Source: an uncultured Gammaproteobacteria bacterium | Lineage (GTDB): Bacteria > Patescibacteriota > Patescibacteriia > Magasanikbacterales > GWA2-37-8 | Assembly (NCBI GenBank): GCA_964634875.1 | Contig: CAZWKA010000005.1 | Location: forward strand, 27,167-91,166 | DNA: 64,000 bases | Reading direction: 5' to 3' | Shown: in pieces, positions 25,125-36,826 of the stretch | Position numbering within the stretch: position 1 is the first letter of the stretch | Layout: each line of letters begins with the position of its first letter | Made by a program: the position numbers and the translations under genes | Notes under the pieces: model-generated | Database searches by the model: none | The model's input: only the letters and a program-made list of their open reading frames with translations | What the model was told of the DNA's origin: nothing

Positions 25125-27233
25125 ATGCATGTGTTATTTTCCAAAAAAACCTTAGTAACAGCCTTTCTGGTACTGGTTGGGGTAGCGGCCGTTGCTTTTG
25201 GTGCACCGGCTCGGGCGGCCACTACCCAGACTCAGGTAGAGACAGTCATTCGAGTCTATAACGCGGCTGGAATTATTACGATCCCCGAGGTAACACTCGT
25301 TTCTGATCCAAAGAACCTGACCCAGGCTGGATTTGATTATCGCAGCGGGGAAGTTGTCCCAGCAGCGCGGGGCTCGTTTTATGTAGGTGTGCGCGGCAAG
25401 ACACCGTACCTTATTGGAAATTCTACTGGACAAGGCGGTTTATACCGTTTAAAGAAAGTCGGAACTACAACCCCGCTTCGCCGTCTCGGTAACATTAACC
25501 GGAGCGGTGTATCGTATACACGTAGCGGTCTTACCTTTGGTAAAGACACAATTTTTGCAGTGTACGATGAAAATGATGCTACCTATTTTAAAATTCGCGT
25601 CCTGAGTGTCAAATTAGTTAATGTAGTAAAACTAGAAGGAACACCTACCATTACCGCTCCAGCTAACGACGCGGCAGTTAATTCCTCGGCTACGAGCGTT
25701 CGGGTGGCCTGGAACGGTGTCACAGGAGCTACGTCGTATACGCTTGCCTTGTACTGCACTTCTTGTGAAGCTGAATGGGAGCCGCGTACCTATGGGCTAA
25801 CGGGAGCTTCCCGCAGCTTTGTGCTTCCGCTTAATAATCTTCCGTCCGGAAAACAGTACTATTACTTAACCGTTAAAGCTTCAACAGGTAGAGAGACTAC
25901 GCCGGCTTCCTTCCCGGTGTACTTCACCTATACTAATGACACTATTTCAACTGTGGGTACACCGACGATCACTTCTCCGTCAAAGGATCAGGTGTTCACA
26001 ACCTCTCCGCGTACAATCACGGTTCAGTGGAGCAATAGCACTTCCGCTGTTCGGTATGAACTGGCTGTTGATTGTGATTCCTGTGCAGGCATGACCGGAT
26101 GGAAACGGTACCAGACCTATTCAGCACTCCCGGCTAATATGACAAGCCAGGCTGTTACGCTGCCTCAGGATGGCTCCTACAGTGTTTCTGTGCGTGCTTT
26201 TGATCTGCAAGGCGTGGCGAGTGATTGGTCAGAAAAAATTATGTTCCGCTTTGGTGCCGGGATAACTCCGGGAACATCAACTATTGTTCCACCTACTATT
26301 GTCGGCCCAACAGCTGGACAAGTCTTGACGTATTATCCCCGTGCTATCCGTGCTTCCTGGTGGAAGGTGGCTGGCGCGAGCGCGTATGAATTGAGCCTGG
26401 AGTGCCAGTCGTGTGAAGCTGGGACAGCGGGCTGGAAGGAATTGAGCCAATATACCATTAATAATATGGCTGGTAACGCTAACACACTCGATATACCAGC
26501 TGTTTCGATCGATTCTGAGTACCGCCTGCGCATGCGGTCACTCGATGGGGCTAGTAAGAAAGGCCCTTGGTCAGAGTATACGTATTTCCGTTTTTCCACT
26601 ATTAATGTCGGTGTACCGGTCATTTCTTCTCCAACCATGAATCAGACGCTTACCAACAACCCCCGCACGTTTGGGGTGATGTGGAACGCAGTCAACCAGG
26701 CAGTCAGTTATGTGGTTGAGGTAAGTTGCAAGAACTGCGCTACAACAGCCTGGGGTAAGGTTGATTATTACCCAACGATTGATACTAATCCCTGGCTCGC
26801 AATTACTGCCCCCGGTGATGACATGTACCGTGTCCGTGTGCAGGCCGTGGATCAATACAATAACCATACGGCTTGGTCTGAATATGTGAATTTCTCTTTT
26901 GTGACGACGGCGGGTATGCAGATTGCAGCTCCACGTATTACTGGCCCAGCGGCTGGTGGCGAAGTAAGTAATAGCACCAAACAGGTTTCACTTTCCTGGA
27001 ATTCTGTAGGCAGCCAGTATCGTTATGAAATTTTGGTAGAATGTAATTCATGCGGTACATCCAGTGGATGGCAGTATTGGAGAGCTTATCGCACTCCGGA
27101 CGCTTCGAATTCATACATTATTACCGTGCCTCAGAATGCGTTGTATCGGTTCCAGGTTCGAGCAGTTGATGTTGATGCGAATCGGACAGGACAGTGGTCT
27201 GAATTGACGACCTTTAGCTACCGAATGAACTAA
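25125..27233 (+). CDS. secreted protein with five tandem ~100-aa Ig/FN3-like repeats, each carrying a CxxC motif
   Basis: Signal peptide and an N-terminal ~170-aa domain. Five repeats follow, each opening (T/A/V)P.I..P, then W(N/S), Y.L, C.SC (CTSCEA, CDSCAG, CQSCEAG, CKNCATT, CNSCGTS), W, and a closing R..D...W(S). Confidence 0.6.
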   Translation: MHVLFSKKTLVTAFLVLVGVAAVAFGAPARAATTQTQVETVIRVYNAAGIITIPEVTLVSDPKNLTQAGFDYRSGEVVPAARGSFYVGVRGKTPYLIGNSTGQGGLYRLKKVGTTTPLRRLGNINRSGVSYTRSGLTFGKDTIFAVYDENDATYFKIRVLSVKLVNVVKLEGTPTITAPANDAAVNSSATSVRVAWNGVTGATSYTLALYCTSCEAEWEPRTYGLTGASRSFVLPLNNLPSGKQYYYLTVKASTGRETTPASFPVYFTYTNDTISTVGTPTITSPSKDQVFTTSPRTITVQWSNSTSAVRYELAVDCDSCAGMTGWKRYQTYSALPANMTSQAVTLPQDGSYSVSVRAFDLQGVASDWSEKIMFRFGAGITPGTSTIVPPTIVGPTAGQVLTYYPRAIRASWWKVAGASAYELSLECQSCEAGTAGWKELSQYTINNMAGNANTLDIPAVSIDSEYRLRMRSLDGASKKGPWSEYTYFRFSTINVGVPVISSPTMNQTLTNNPRTFGVMWNAVNQAVSYVVEVSCKNCATTAWGKVDYYPTIDTNPWLAITAPGDDMYRVRVQAVDQYNNHTAWSEYVNFSFVTTAGMQIAAPRITGPAAGGEVSNSTKQVSLSWNSVGSQYRYEILVECNSCGTSSGWQYWRAYRTPDASNSYIITVPQNALYRFQVRAVDVDANRTGQWSELTTFSYRMN

Positions 27234-27245
27234 AATACTTTAATT

Positions 27246-27279
27246 AAAAAACAGCTTCGCATTTTGCGGAGCTGTTTTT
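27246..27279. terminator. bidirectional rho-independent terminator
   Basis: AAAAAACAGCTTCGCA ttt TGCGGAGCTGTTTTT between the repeat protein and the convergent recJ. Confidence 0.55.
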
Positions 27280-27282
27280 AGT

Positions 27283-29061
27283 TTATACTTGGCTTGGCCG
27301 GATATCTTCGATCATCATCTGGAGTTCCCGATTGCCGTTCCATTCGTTGACGCCAATCGTGAATACCATATCAATCTTATCGCCGGGATGCAGATTTTCT
27401 TTCCAGTTCTCAGGGTGACGACCTGGGTCGCCGAAACCAAAACCAATGGTTTTTTTTGCAACTTCAGAGTTGTGCTTGAGTGTAACACGAAGGTGTTTGC
27501 CCTCTGCTCCAAGCGCATCCACAGCTGCGACAGTCAGGCCGTAAGCAGCGTATTTTGGTTCTTCGTTGGCTTGGCCAAAAGGTTGGAACTGCTGTAAGAG
27601 GTCGTAGAGCTTCCAGTTGATTTCTGCCAGGTCAACTTCGGCATCAATTGTAATTTGGGGAACAAGCTCAACCCCTTTTAAGAGTTGAGTTACTGTAGCC
27701 AAGAGGGTTGTTTTAAATTTTTCTAATTGCTCTTTATCTTTAAGTGAGAAACCGCAAGCTTGTGGATGGCCGCCAAATTTATAGAAAAATTCAGGCATTG
27801 TTTTAAGAGCTTCAATCAGGTTGAGCTCTTTGACACTTCGTCCTGAACCAGTGATTTGTCCATTACTGAGCCCCATGACTAAAATTGGGCGGTAGAATTC
27901 GTCTTTGAGGCGGCTAGCAATAAGTCCGAGAATACCTGTAGCCCAGCCTTCACCCACGGCAAAGAGGATGGAGTTATTTTCTTGATTGGTAGCTTTAATT
28001 TGGGCGCGGGCTTCAGCGACTAATTGTTCGGTTAATTTTTGGCGGTCAGTATTGTTGATTCCAAGTTGAGTGGCCAATTCTTCGGCTTCAGCCTCGCTTT
28101 CGGACATAAGAAGTAAAAAGGCCACGTTGGCATGGTCCATCCGTCCAGCGGCATTGATGCGTGGGGCGATTTGAAACCCGATCGTGTGCGCGTCGTAGCT
28201 GCCACGCTTTGGTTTTCCGTTTTCATCACAAGCGCCGGCATTGATGAGAAGTTTTTGTAAGCCAATATTGCGTGTTTTATTGAGTACTGTCAGGCCATAA
28301 CGGACAAGTGCGCGGGATTCGCCTACTAAAGGAACCATGTCACCAACAGTAGAAATAGAAACCATGTCGAGTAGCCATTTTTCAAAGCCTTCGTGTGTTT
28401 CGCCGTTAGGTAAAAATTCGTTATTTTTCTGGTGGTGTTTGAGAAGTGCTTGGGCTAATTTGAAAGCTACGCCGCCTCCAGCCAGAGTTTTGTCGGGGTA
28501 TTTTTCGTCGGGTACGAGCGGATGAATGATGGCGTCGGCCGGTGGAAAAACAGCTGGCATCGCATGGTGGTCGGTAACGATTGTCTGCATGCCAAGGGCT
28601 TTGGCTTCGGTAATTTCGACGGTATTGCTGATGCCGCAATCGCACGTGATGATCAGGCTGGTGCCGTTTTCTTTAAGAAAAGTAACGGTACGGCTATTGA
28701 GTCCGTAACCGTCAGTTTCGCGGTGTGGAAGGAAGATGCCGACGTCCTTTGCACCTAACTTTTTTAAAGTTGAAACGAGTACAACCGAAGCGCAGACGCC
28801 GTCCGCATCGTAATCACCGTGGACTGTAATTTTTTTGTTATTTTGTATGCAGTCAAAAATAAGCGCAACGGCTTTTTCCATGTCATTAAACAAATAAGGG
28901 TCATGGATGTCGCTGCTATAATCGGGGTTCAGGAATTCGTCGATCTTTTCTTGGGTTCGCAAATTACGGTTCCAGAGCAGGCGCGTAACGATTGGTGGAA
29001 GCTCGGGGTGCAGAGCGGTAAATTCTGGTGGTGGCGGGGGAAGGGTTATCCATTTTTTCAT
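27283..29061 (-). CDS. recJ: single-stranded-DNA-specific exonuclease RecJ
   Basis: DHH motifs (VHGDYDADGVCAS, DHH) and a DHHA1 domain (GGHPQACG). The N-terminus aligns from MKKWITLPP (ATG at 29061). The track ORF extends to 29169. Confidence 0.85.
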   Translation of the reverse strand: MKKWITLPPPPPEFTALHPELPPIVTRLLWNRNLRTQEKIDEFLNPDYSSDIHDPYLFNDMEKAVALIFDCIQNNKKITVHGDYDADGVCASVVLVSTLKKLGAKDVGIFLPHRETDGYGLNSRTVTFLKENGTSLIITCDCGISNTVEITEAKALGMQTIVTDHHAMPAVFPPADAIIHPLVPDEKYPDKTLAGGGVAFKLAQALLKHHQKNNEFLPNGETHEGFEKWLLDMVSISTVGDMVPLVGESRALVRYGLTVLNKTRNIGLQKLLINAGACDENGKPKRGSYDAHTIGFQIAPRINAAGRMDHANVAFLLLMSESEAEAEELATQLGINNTDRQKLTEQLVAEARAQIKATNQENNSILFAVGEGWATGILGLIASRLKDEFYRPILVMGLSNGQITGSGRSVKELNLIEALKTMPEFFYKFGGHPQACGFSLKDKEQLEKFKTTLLATVTQLLKGVELVPQITIDAEVDLAEINWKLYDLLQQFQPFGQANEEPKYAAYGLTVAAVDALGAEGKHLRVTLKHNSEVAKKTIGFGFGDPGRHPENWKENLHPGDKIDMVFTIGVNEWNGNRELQMMIEDIRPSQV

Positions 29062-29214
29062 ATTTTTAGTGTCATTGCGAGGAGCAAAGCGACCTGACTG
29101 CTGACAGGTGGTGCGGTAATCCCCTGGATTTAAGTAATACTTTTTAGAACATTTTATTCTTTTACTCAACGAGATTACTTTGTTATTCGTTCATCACTTA
29201 TCGCAATGATAAAA

Positions 29215-29613
29215 TTATGCCTCCCGATTAAGTAAATTTTCAAAAGTTAGTTTCTTAAAATCCCAATATGAATCGGCCAGGTGCAGGGTAAAAATTATAA
29301 ACAGCAGATCAAACGACCAGAACCGGGCAGCGGGAAGTGGTGCTTGGTAACTGGCAAAAAGGATGGAGCCGAGGGCGATCCAGTAGATGAGGGTTTTGGT
29401 GGTGACTTCCCGGCGGTCAGCGGCACGGATATTGCGGCGAATATGCCAGAGGTGCAGGGTGTAGTAGACGATGACCGGCCCGCCGAGATACCATTGGTAG
29501 CGATCGGGGCTGAGACCGAGCCGCCCTAAACCGTATAAACTGAGCCAAAGTAGTACTCCCAGCGCAAAAAAGAGAAAAATAATGTCGAGCTGGTAGTGGC
29601 GAAGGGGGCGCAT
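29215..29613 (-). CDS. hypothetical 4-TM membrane protein, 132 aa
   Basis: Hydrophobic ORF sitting in the operon between lepA and recJ. Confidence 0.45.
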   Translation of the reverse strand: MRPLRHYQLDIIFLFFALGVLLWLSLYGLGRLGLSPDRYQWYLGGPVIVYYTLHLWHIRRNIRAADRREVTTKTLIYWIALGSILFASYQAPLPAARFWSFDLLFIIFTLHLADSYWDFKKLTFENLLNREA

Positions 29614-29640
29614 GTCATTAAAAGCTAGAATGGAAGCGTA

Positions 29641-29739
29641 TTAGTATTGAAATAATGGTAAGATAGTCAACATCAGCATGGCGAATATAGCAACTACCGC
29701 GAGTACCATGCCAAGGCGTTTAGAAGTTTTTTCTTTCAT
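29641..29739 (-). CDS. candidate 32-aa single-TM micropeptide (MKEKTSKRLGMVLAVVAIFAMLMLTILPLFQY)
   Basis: Manual translation. The ATG lies 4 nt downstream of the lepA stop. Below the ORF-track length cutoff. Confidence 0.25.
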   Translation of the reverse strand: MKEKTSKRLGMVLAVVAIFAMLMLTILPLFQY

Positions 29740-29743
29740 AAGA

Positions 29744-31558
<1,815 letters not shown>

Positions 31559-31563
31559 AGATT

Positions 31564-33174
31564 TTACAGTCCAGTCATTCCTTCTTTAAGGGGTCTCAGT
31601 TTAAGCCAGCGTTTTTTGAGGCTGCCTGCTAAAAGCCTCATTTCATCTACTTTTAGGATGTAACAAATAAGCCCGTACAGGAGAAGCCCCACTGTACCAG
31701 AAACAGTGCCGTGAATCAATATGCCCCAAAAACGGTCCATATCAACCAGGCTAGCGAGTGGGGCTTTGAGGAATTGGATGATGAGCGCCATAGGGATTGC
31801 GGCAAGAGAGAGTTTGAATAAGAGATGGGTAATTTTTTCGCCTTCAATCGGAATCATTTTGGCGCGGAGGAAGATGGTTAGCAGGGTTACGTTAATAATT
31901 GCCCCCACAGAGGTGGCTAAGGCCAGTCCGGCAACGCCGTAGGGCCGCATAAGGAGTAGGGCAAAAATAATACTAATTAGCTCGCTGATGATGCCGAGGG
32001 CAAAGGGTGTGCGGGTATCAGTGAGCGCATAAAAGCCCCGTACAATAAGCGGGATGAGCGATTGAGCGAAAAGACTAAAAGCAAAAAAAGCGAGGGCGTT
32101 AGCAGTAGTAATGGTTGCGGACCAGTCAAAGGAACCGGTACCGAGAATAATGCGTACAATTTGAGCCCGCAAGAGCAGAACGATGATCGAGGCGGGAATA
32201 ATCAAAAAAAGGATTTGGCGGGCAGTGAGAGAAATGTTTTTACTGAATTCGGCCTGGTTTCCTTCGGCTGCTGCAGCAGAAAGTACCGGAAAAACAGCCA
32301 GCGCAAAAGGGATGCCGATCAAACCGGTTGCCACACCTTGTAAGTTGTTGGCGTAGTTATAGACAGCTACACTGCCGATAGGAAGCAGTGAGGCCAAAAC
32401 GGTGATGATAACAGAATTAAATTGTGTAACGGCAAGTCCGAGTGTTCGAGGCACCATAAGGCGCCCAATCAGTCGGGTGTTGGCGTCGGTGAGATTAAAT
32501 TGGGGCCGCCAGTTAAAACCAGCTTGCCAGGCCCCGAGGGTTTGGATAAAACAATGTAAAAATGCCCCCAATACTACGCCCCAGGCAAGTCCGGGAAGGC
32601 CTAAAACGGGTACAAGCAGGGTTGCCCCAATGATAATGCCGATGTTATAGAAAACCGGTGCGAATGAGTAAAGGAGGAAATGTTTAAGCGATTGCAAGAT
32701 GCCGCCCATGACCATTGAAATACCAAGAAAGACAGGTGAGAGAAAGAGGATGCGGGTAAAAGTAATGACCAGATCCTGGTTTTGGGGTGGAAATCCAGGG
32801 GCAATGATTTTGGCGATCCAGGGTGATAGGACGATACCAATGATGGCGAGGGTGCTAATGCATACGCCAATAATGTTGAGTACGTTGCTCGCTAAGCGCC
32901 ACGCAGTTGATTTTCCATTTTCCTGGTAAAAAAGTTTGGTAAAAGTAGGGATGAATCCGGCCGTGAGTGCGCCGATAATCAGAAGGTTATAAATAAGATC
33001 AGGAATTTTAAACGCTGCATAATAAGCATCCATAACTGGTCCCGCGCCATAGTAATGGGCTAAAATACGGTCACGGACAATACCAACGACGCGGCTGAGA
33101 AGTGTCGCAAGTGAAATGATCACGGCTGCGCCAGTGATCGACTTAGAGGGTGTCGTTAAAAATTTAGGGAGCAC
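31564..33174 (-). CDS. murJ: lipid II flippase MurJ
   Basis: 14-TM MOP-family protein with a MurJ N-terminal signature (RDRILAHYYGAGPVMDAYYAAFKIPDLIYNLL). Confidence 0.9.
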   Translation of the reverse strand: MLPKFLTTPSKSITGAAVIISLATLLSRVVGIVRDRILAHYYGAGPVMDAYYAAFKIPDLIYNLLIIGALTAGFIPTFTKLFYQENGKSTAWRLASNVLNIIGVCISTLAIIGIVLSPWIAKIIAPGFPPQNQDLVITFTRILFLSPVFLGISMVMGGILQSLKHFLLYSFAPVFYNIGIIIGATLLVPVLGLPGLAWGVVLGAFLHCFIQTLGAWQAGFNWRPQFNLTDANTRLIGRLMVPRTLGLAVTQFNSVIITVLASLLPIGSVAVYNYANNLQGVATGLIGIPFALAVFPVLSAAAAEGNQAEFSKNISLTARQILFLIIPASIIVLLLRAQIVRIILGTGSFDWSATITTANALAFFAFSLFAQSLIPLIVRGFYALTDTRTPFALGIISELISIIFALLLMRPYGVAGLALATSVGAIINVTLLTIFLRAKMIPIEGEKITHLLFKLSLAAIPMALIIQFLKAPLASLVDMDRFWGILIHGTVSGTVGLLLYGLICYILKVDEMRLLAGSLKKRWLKLRPLKEGMTGL

Positions 33175-33175
33175 A

Positions 33176-33844
33176 TTATTGTTGTGGGCTTGGTAAGTTT
33201 ACTGTGAGCAGGGCATAATCAGTGCCCGGACGATTTTCTTCATCTCCCTCAGCCTCGAGGGTACCTGTTGCCCCATCCGGACCGCTAAAGGTGATTTGGC
33301 GAGAAGTTTTGCCGATAGTTTCTTCTTCAATGCTATAGCTTTGTTTGAGCAGTTCGTTTTTATAGTAGGAAATAACGAAGGACGGTTCCGCGTCCATATT
33401 GCGCCATTCTATTTGGACAGTATCATGTGCATCGCTAACTGGGGTGGTGATAAGCTGCCACATTTTTTTGGCAATGGCTCCGCTGTCTTCGTCAGCAGTG
33501 CTATTTTTATCCATTGCAAAAATAAGCGGTGAAAGGATTAACTTGGGAAACAGGGCGGCAACTTCGACGCCTCGGCTTTTATACTTACCCGAGATAAACG
33601 TGATGCGTTCGATGGCGTCGCGGTCGTAAATGGGGATGGCGGTAGGGAAGTTGGCTGGTACGGTGCTTAATGCTTCCGGACCCTTGCCGGCGGCAAAACG
33701 GAGGGCAATAATACCAAGGACAATAAAAATAATAATCGAAAAACAGCCAATCAAGCAGCCGCGTTTGAGGCTGCCATGGCCTTTGGTAAGTTCGCCAATT
33801 GGCGGATCGACAATTTCAACGTTTTGGATAAGATCGTCCCGCAT
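33176..33844 (-). CDS. hypothetical membrane-anchored protein
   Basis: One TM helix (CLIGCFSIIIFIVLGIIAL) then a soluble domain. Ends 2 nt before the murJ start. Likely start MRDDL; the track ORF extends to 33895. Confidence 0.45.
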   Translation of the reverse strand: MRDDLIQNVEIVDPPIGELTKGHGSLKRGCLIGCFSIIIFIVLGIIALRFAAGKGPEALSTVPANFPTAIPIYDRDAIERITFISGKYKSRGVEVAALFPKLILSPLIFAMDKNSTADEDSGAIAKKMWQLITTPVSDAHDTVQIEWRNMDAEPSFVISYYKNELLKQSYSIEEETIGKTSRQITFSGPDGATGTLEAEGDEENRPGTDYALLTVNLPSPQQ

Positions 33845-34035
33845 AGATGCTCTGAAGTATATACCAAAAAGCACCGAGTATGCAATTTTTAACACTCTTG
33901 CTTGGTCAGGCTAAAAAATAAGCAGGCTTCCTTCTGTGAACTTAGTAGTATGGTGGGCGATATCTAGTTTTTTTTATTATGAAGATATGCTATTCTAGTC
34001 CTTAAACCTCGTTAAATAAGGTATTTAAGTTATAT

Positions 34036-35322
34036 ATGGGTGAAAAATATCGTGGAACTGACGATTCCCAAGTTTTTCGGCCTAATGTGGAAGCCAACAG
34101 CCCTGAGGAAGTCCTCGATGTGGGGAGTTCTGCTCGCTTACGCCTTCAAGAGCGCTTAAGGGCCTCAAGGGTAGAGCCTTCTCAGGAATTTAGTATCCCG
34201 AGTCCTCTTGAAGGGCGTGATGAGTTTTTGCAAAAGTGCCAGCAGGTTTGTGGCGGTTTAAACCATTTATTGGAACGATTTTACCGGCACGATGTTAACG
34301 TCCGGCTCGCGGAAGACCGCGAATTAGTGCGCCAACAACGAAACCGTTTAGCGGTTAGGGGGCCAGTGGTCAAATCCGAACTTCTGGAGTGCTATGAAGA
34401 GCTCAGTAATCTGTTTGATAATTTTTCATCTGTTGATTTTCCAGTGCGTGACTCGAGTCGAGCGTTGGTGGAAGAAGGTTTAGCTCGTTTGCCGGAGTTA
34501 ACAAAGGAAGTTGATCGGCTTATTGGGCGAGGGCAGTCGATGGCTGAACCGTCTATGATTACTGGGAGTATTGAGCGTCCACTGGAAGTAATGGAAGAAA
34601 AAAACCAAGAACGCGGACGTCTGAAAAAGTCAGGCCAAAGTGAAGCTGGTGCAAAACTTGCCCAAGCCGTCGCGCCGGTTTTTGATAGCCAGTTCGAAAA
34701 AGCAATGCCTACGATTGAATTTGAAGTTCCTGCTCAGCTTGGTGCTAAAGTTCCCTCGCCTGTTTCAACCCCTGCACCAGCTCGTTGGTGGAAACGGGCA
34801 GGTATTCGCTCCTTGGTGGCTGGGACCGCCCTCCTTGGAGCTGATGTTGGGGTGCCATTGTCTGACACTTTAGGTGGTAGGAAGGATATGCAGCAACCAA
34901 CACCTCTGCATATTCCAAGCGAAGTGCCACCAAAAGAGCCTCGCCCTGAATATGGTATTTTTTGGGAACTTGAAGGTGTGAAAGTAGGTGAAAAAAAAAT
35001 TACTTTGCCGCTTAAAAACTTGGAACGTTCACTATACTGGGTTTTTTTGGATTCAGCCAAAGAGCGTAATATTACTAATCGTTCTTGGGTTGATAAAGAG
35101 CAGATGGAAGATCATTGTAATTGGGCGGCAAAAAAAGCTGTTGCCCTGCTGGTTGAAGGAAAAAGCACTAAGCGGCTCCGTCAGCTGGTCAACATCAAGG
35201 TCTTGAATGAGGCAACCGATCAGGACGCTGACCATTTTACTATTAAGGATCGAGCTGTTTTTTACGACGTACTTATTAAACCACTCCTCAGTTTTGAGCG
35301 AAATAATGAGCGAGTTAATTAG
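34036..35322 (+). CDS. hypothetical protein, 428 aa, with a possible central TM segment
   Basis: Long ORF with coherent codon usage; no known motif. Hydrophobic stretch RSLVAGTALLGADVGVPL near residue 260. Confidence 0.5.
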   Translation: MGEKYRGTDDSQVFRPNVEANSPEEVLDVGSSARLRLQERLRASRVEPSQEFSIPSPLEGRDEFLQKCQQVCGGLNHLLERFYRHDVNVRLAEDRELVRQQRNRLAVRGPVVKSELLECYEELSNLFDNFSSVDFPVRDSSRALVEEGLARLPELTKEVDRLIGRGQSMAEPSMITGSIERPLEVMEEKNQERGRLKKSGQSEAGAKLAQAVAPVFDSQFEKAMPTIEFEVPAQLGAKVPSPVSTPAPARWWKRAGIRSLVAGTALLGADVGVPLSDTLGGRKDMQQPTPLHIPSEVPPKEPRPEYGIFWELEGVKVGEKKITLPLKNLERSLYWVFLDSAKERNITNRSWVDKEQMEDHCNWAAKKAVALLVEGKSTKRLRQLVNIKVLNEATDQDADHFTIKDRAVFYDVLIKPLLSFERNNERVN

Positions 35323-35328
35323 TTTTGT

Positions 35329-36699
35329 ATGGAAATTACTTTTGTGGGAGCAGCAGGAGAAGTCACCGGGTCGTGCAGCCTTGTCGAAGCAGCCGGCCAG
35401 AAAATACTCATCGATTGTGGCATGTTTCAGGGTAGTGATTTTAACGAGGCTAAAAATCATGATCCGCTACCGTTCGATCCACGGGAATTGAGTGCGGTAT
35501 TGATAACCCACGCTCATTTGGATCATGTCGGCCGCCTACCGTTGCTTGTTAAAGGTGGTTTTAGTCATACTATCTACGCTACCGCTCCGACCTGTGACTT
35601 AATCGAACTTATTTTGAATGATGCCTACGCCGTCATGGAGTATAACTTTCGAAAATTGGGTGCGCCGCTGCTGTATAATGAAACCGATATCGCGCGTGTA
35701 ATGGAGTTGATTAAGCCAGTTGAATATCATGCGGGAGTAAGGCTTAAAAAAGTAGGCAGTAGTGATGAGATTGTGGCTACCTGGTTTGATTCCGGCCATA
35801 TTTTTGGGGCAGGGTTTATTCAGCTCGAAGCAGATGGCAAGAAGGTTGTCTTTACCGGAGACGTTGGCAATGCCAACATGCCGATTTTGCGTGAAACAGA
35901 AAGTTTACCCGAGGGTTTGGATTTGTTGGTGTGCGAATCAACGTATGGTAATCGCCAGCATGAGATACCCGAGGTGCGACAGCGGATAATTCAGAAAATG
36001 GTTTCCGAAGCGATTGCGCGTGGAGGTGTCCTTATGATACCGTCATTTTCGCTTGAACGTACGCAGGAGTTGATTTATGATCTTAACGACCTGGTCGATC
36101 GCAGCCATGCCTTGCCGCGAGTGCCGATTTTTTTAGATAGCCCGCTCGCTATAGGCGCGTTAAAAGTGTATCGTAAATACCCTAAGTATTATGATGAGAA
36201 GGCTTCGGCGCTGTATAAAGCAGGGGATGATCTATTCCAATTTCCCGGGCTGACCATGTGCGAAACACGAGAGGAATCAAAAAAAATTAATAATACTCCA
36301 GGTGCTAAGATAATTATTGCAGGAGCCGGAATGATGAATGGCGGGCGTATTGTTCACCACGCGTTGCGGTATTTGTCGGATGAACGCAACACCTTGTTAA
36401 TTATTGGTTACCAAGCCCAGGGTACGCTCGGGCGGCAAATTTTGGATGGCGAATCGCCGGTTAGGGTAATGAAAGAATGGGTGCAAGTAAAGTGCCAGGT
36501 AAAAGCGATCGGCGCCCTGTCTGCCCATGCTGACCAAAATAAGCTGGTAAAGTGGGTTCACGCACTCAAAGATAGACCTAAGCAGATTGTGCTTAACCAT
36601 GGTGAGCACTCGACCTCGGAGGTGCTTGCAGAACGCTTGCGAACTGAGATACATGAAAAAGTAGTGCTGGCAAAACCGCTTATGAAAATAATGGTTTAA
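35329..36699 (+). CDS. beta-CASP family metallo-beta-lactamase-fold ribonuclease (RNase J / CPSF-like)
   Basis: MBL motif HAHLDHVGRLP; beta-CASP motifs downstream (ESTYG, SAHAD). 456 aa. Confidence 0.8.
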   Translation: MEITFVGAAGEVTGSCSLVEAAGQKILIDCGMFQGSDFNEAKNHDPLPFDPRELSAVLITHAHLDHVGRLPLLVKGGFSHTIYATAPTCDLIELILNDAYAVMEYNFRKLGAPLLYNETDIARVMELIKPVEYHAGVRLKKVGSSDEIVATWFDSGHIFGAGFIQLEADGKKVVFTGDVGNANMPILRETESLPEGLDLLVCESTYGNRQHEIPEVRQRIIQKMVSEAIARGGVLMIPSFSLERTQELIYDLNDLVDRSHALPRVPIFLDSPLAIGALKVYRKYPKYYDEKASALYKAGDDLFQFPGLTMCETREESKKINNTPGAKIIIAGAGMMNGGRIVHHALRYLSDERNTLLIIGYQAQGTLGRQILDGESPVRVMKEWVQVKCQVKAIGALSAHADQNKLVKWVHALKDRPKQIVLNHGEHSTSEVLAERLRTEIHEKVVLAKPLMKIMV

Positions 36700-36722
36700 A
36701 ATCGTACTTATCCACATTTTGC

Positions 36723-36752
36723 GCACGGGCCCCTCGGTCCGTGTTTTTTTAT
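36723..36752 (+). terminator. rho-independent terminator
   Basis: cacgggcccc tcg ggtccgtg followed by TTTTTTT. Confidence 0.5.
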
Positions 36753-36797
36753 TATAAAAATGGGCTAAAAATGACTTTTTAATTTTGGGCTAAAGTG

Positions 36798-36826
36798 TTG
36801 ACCTGTGCAGCGGGGTGGTGTAAAAT
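36798..36826 (+). promoter_or_regulatory. mraZ promoter (TTGACC, 17 bp, TAAAAT)
   Basis: Near-consensus hexamers with a 17-nt spacer, ~80 nt upstream of mraZ. Confidence 0.5.
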
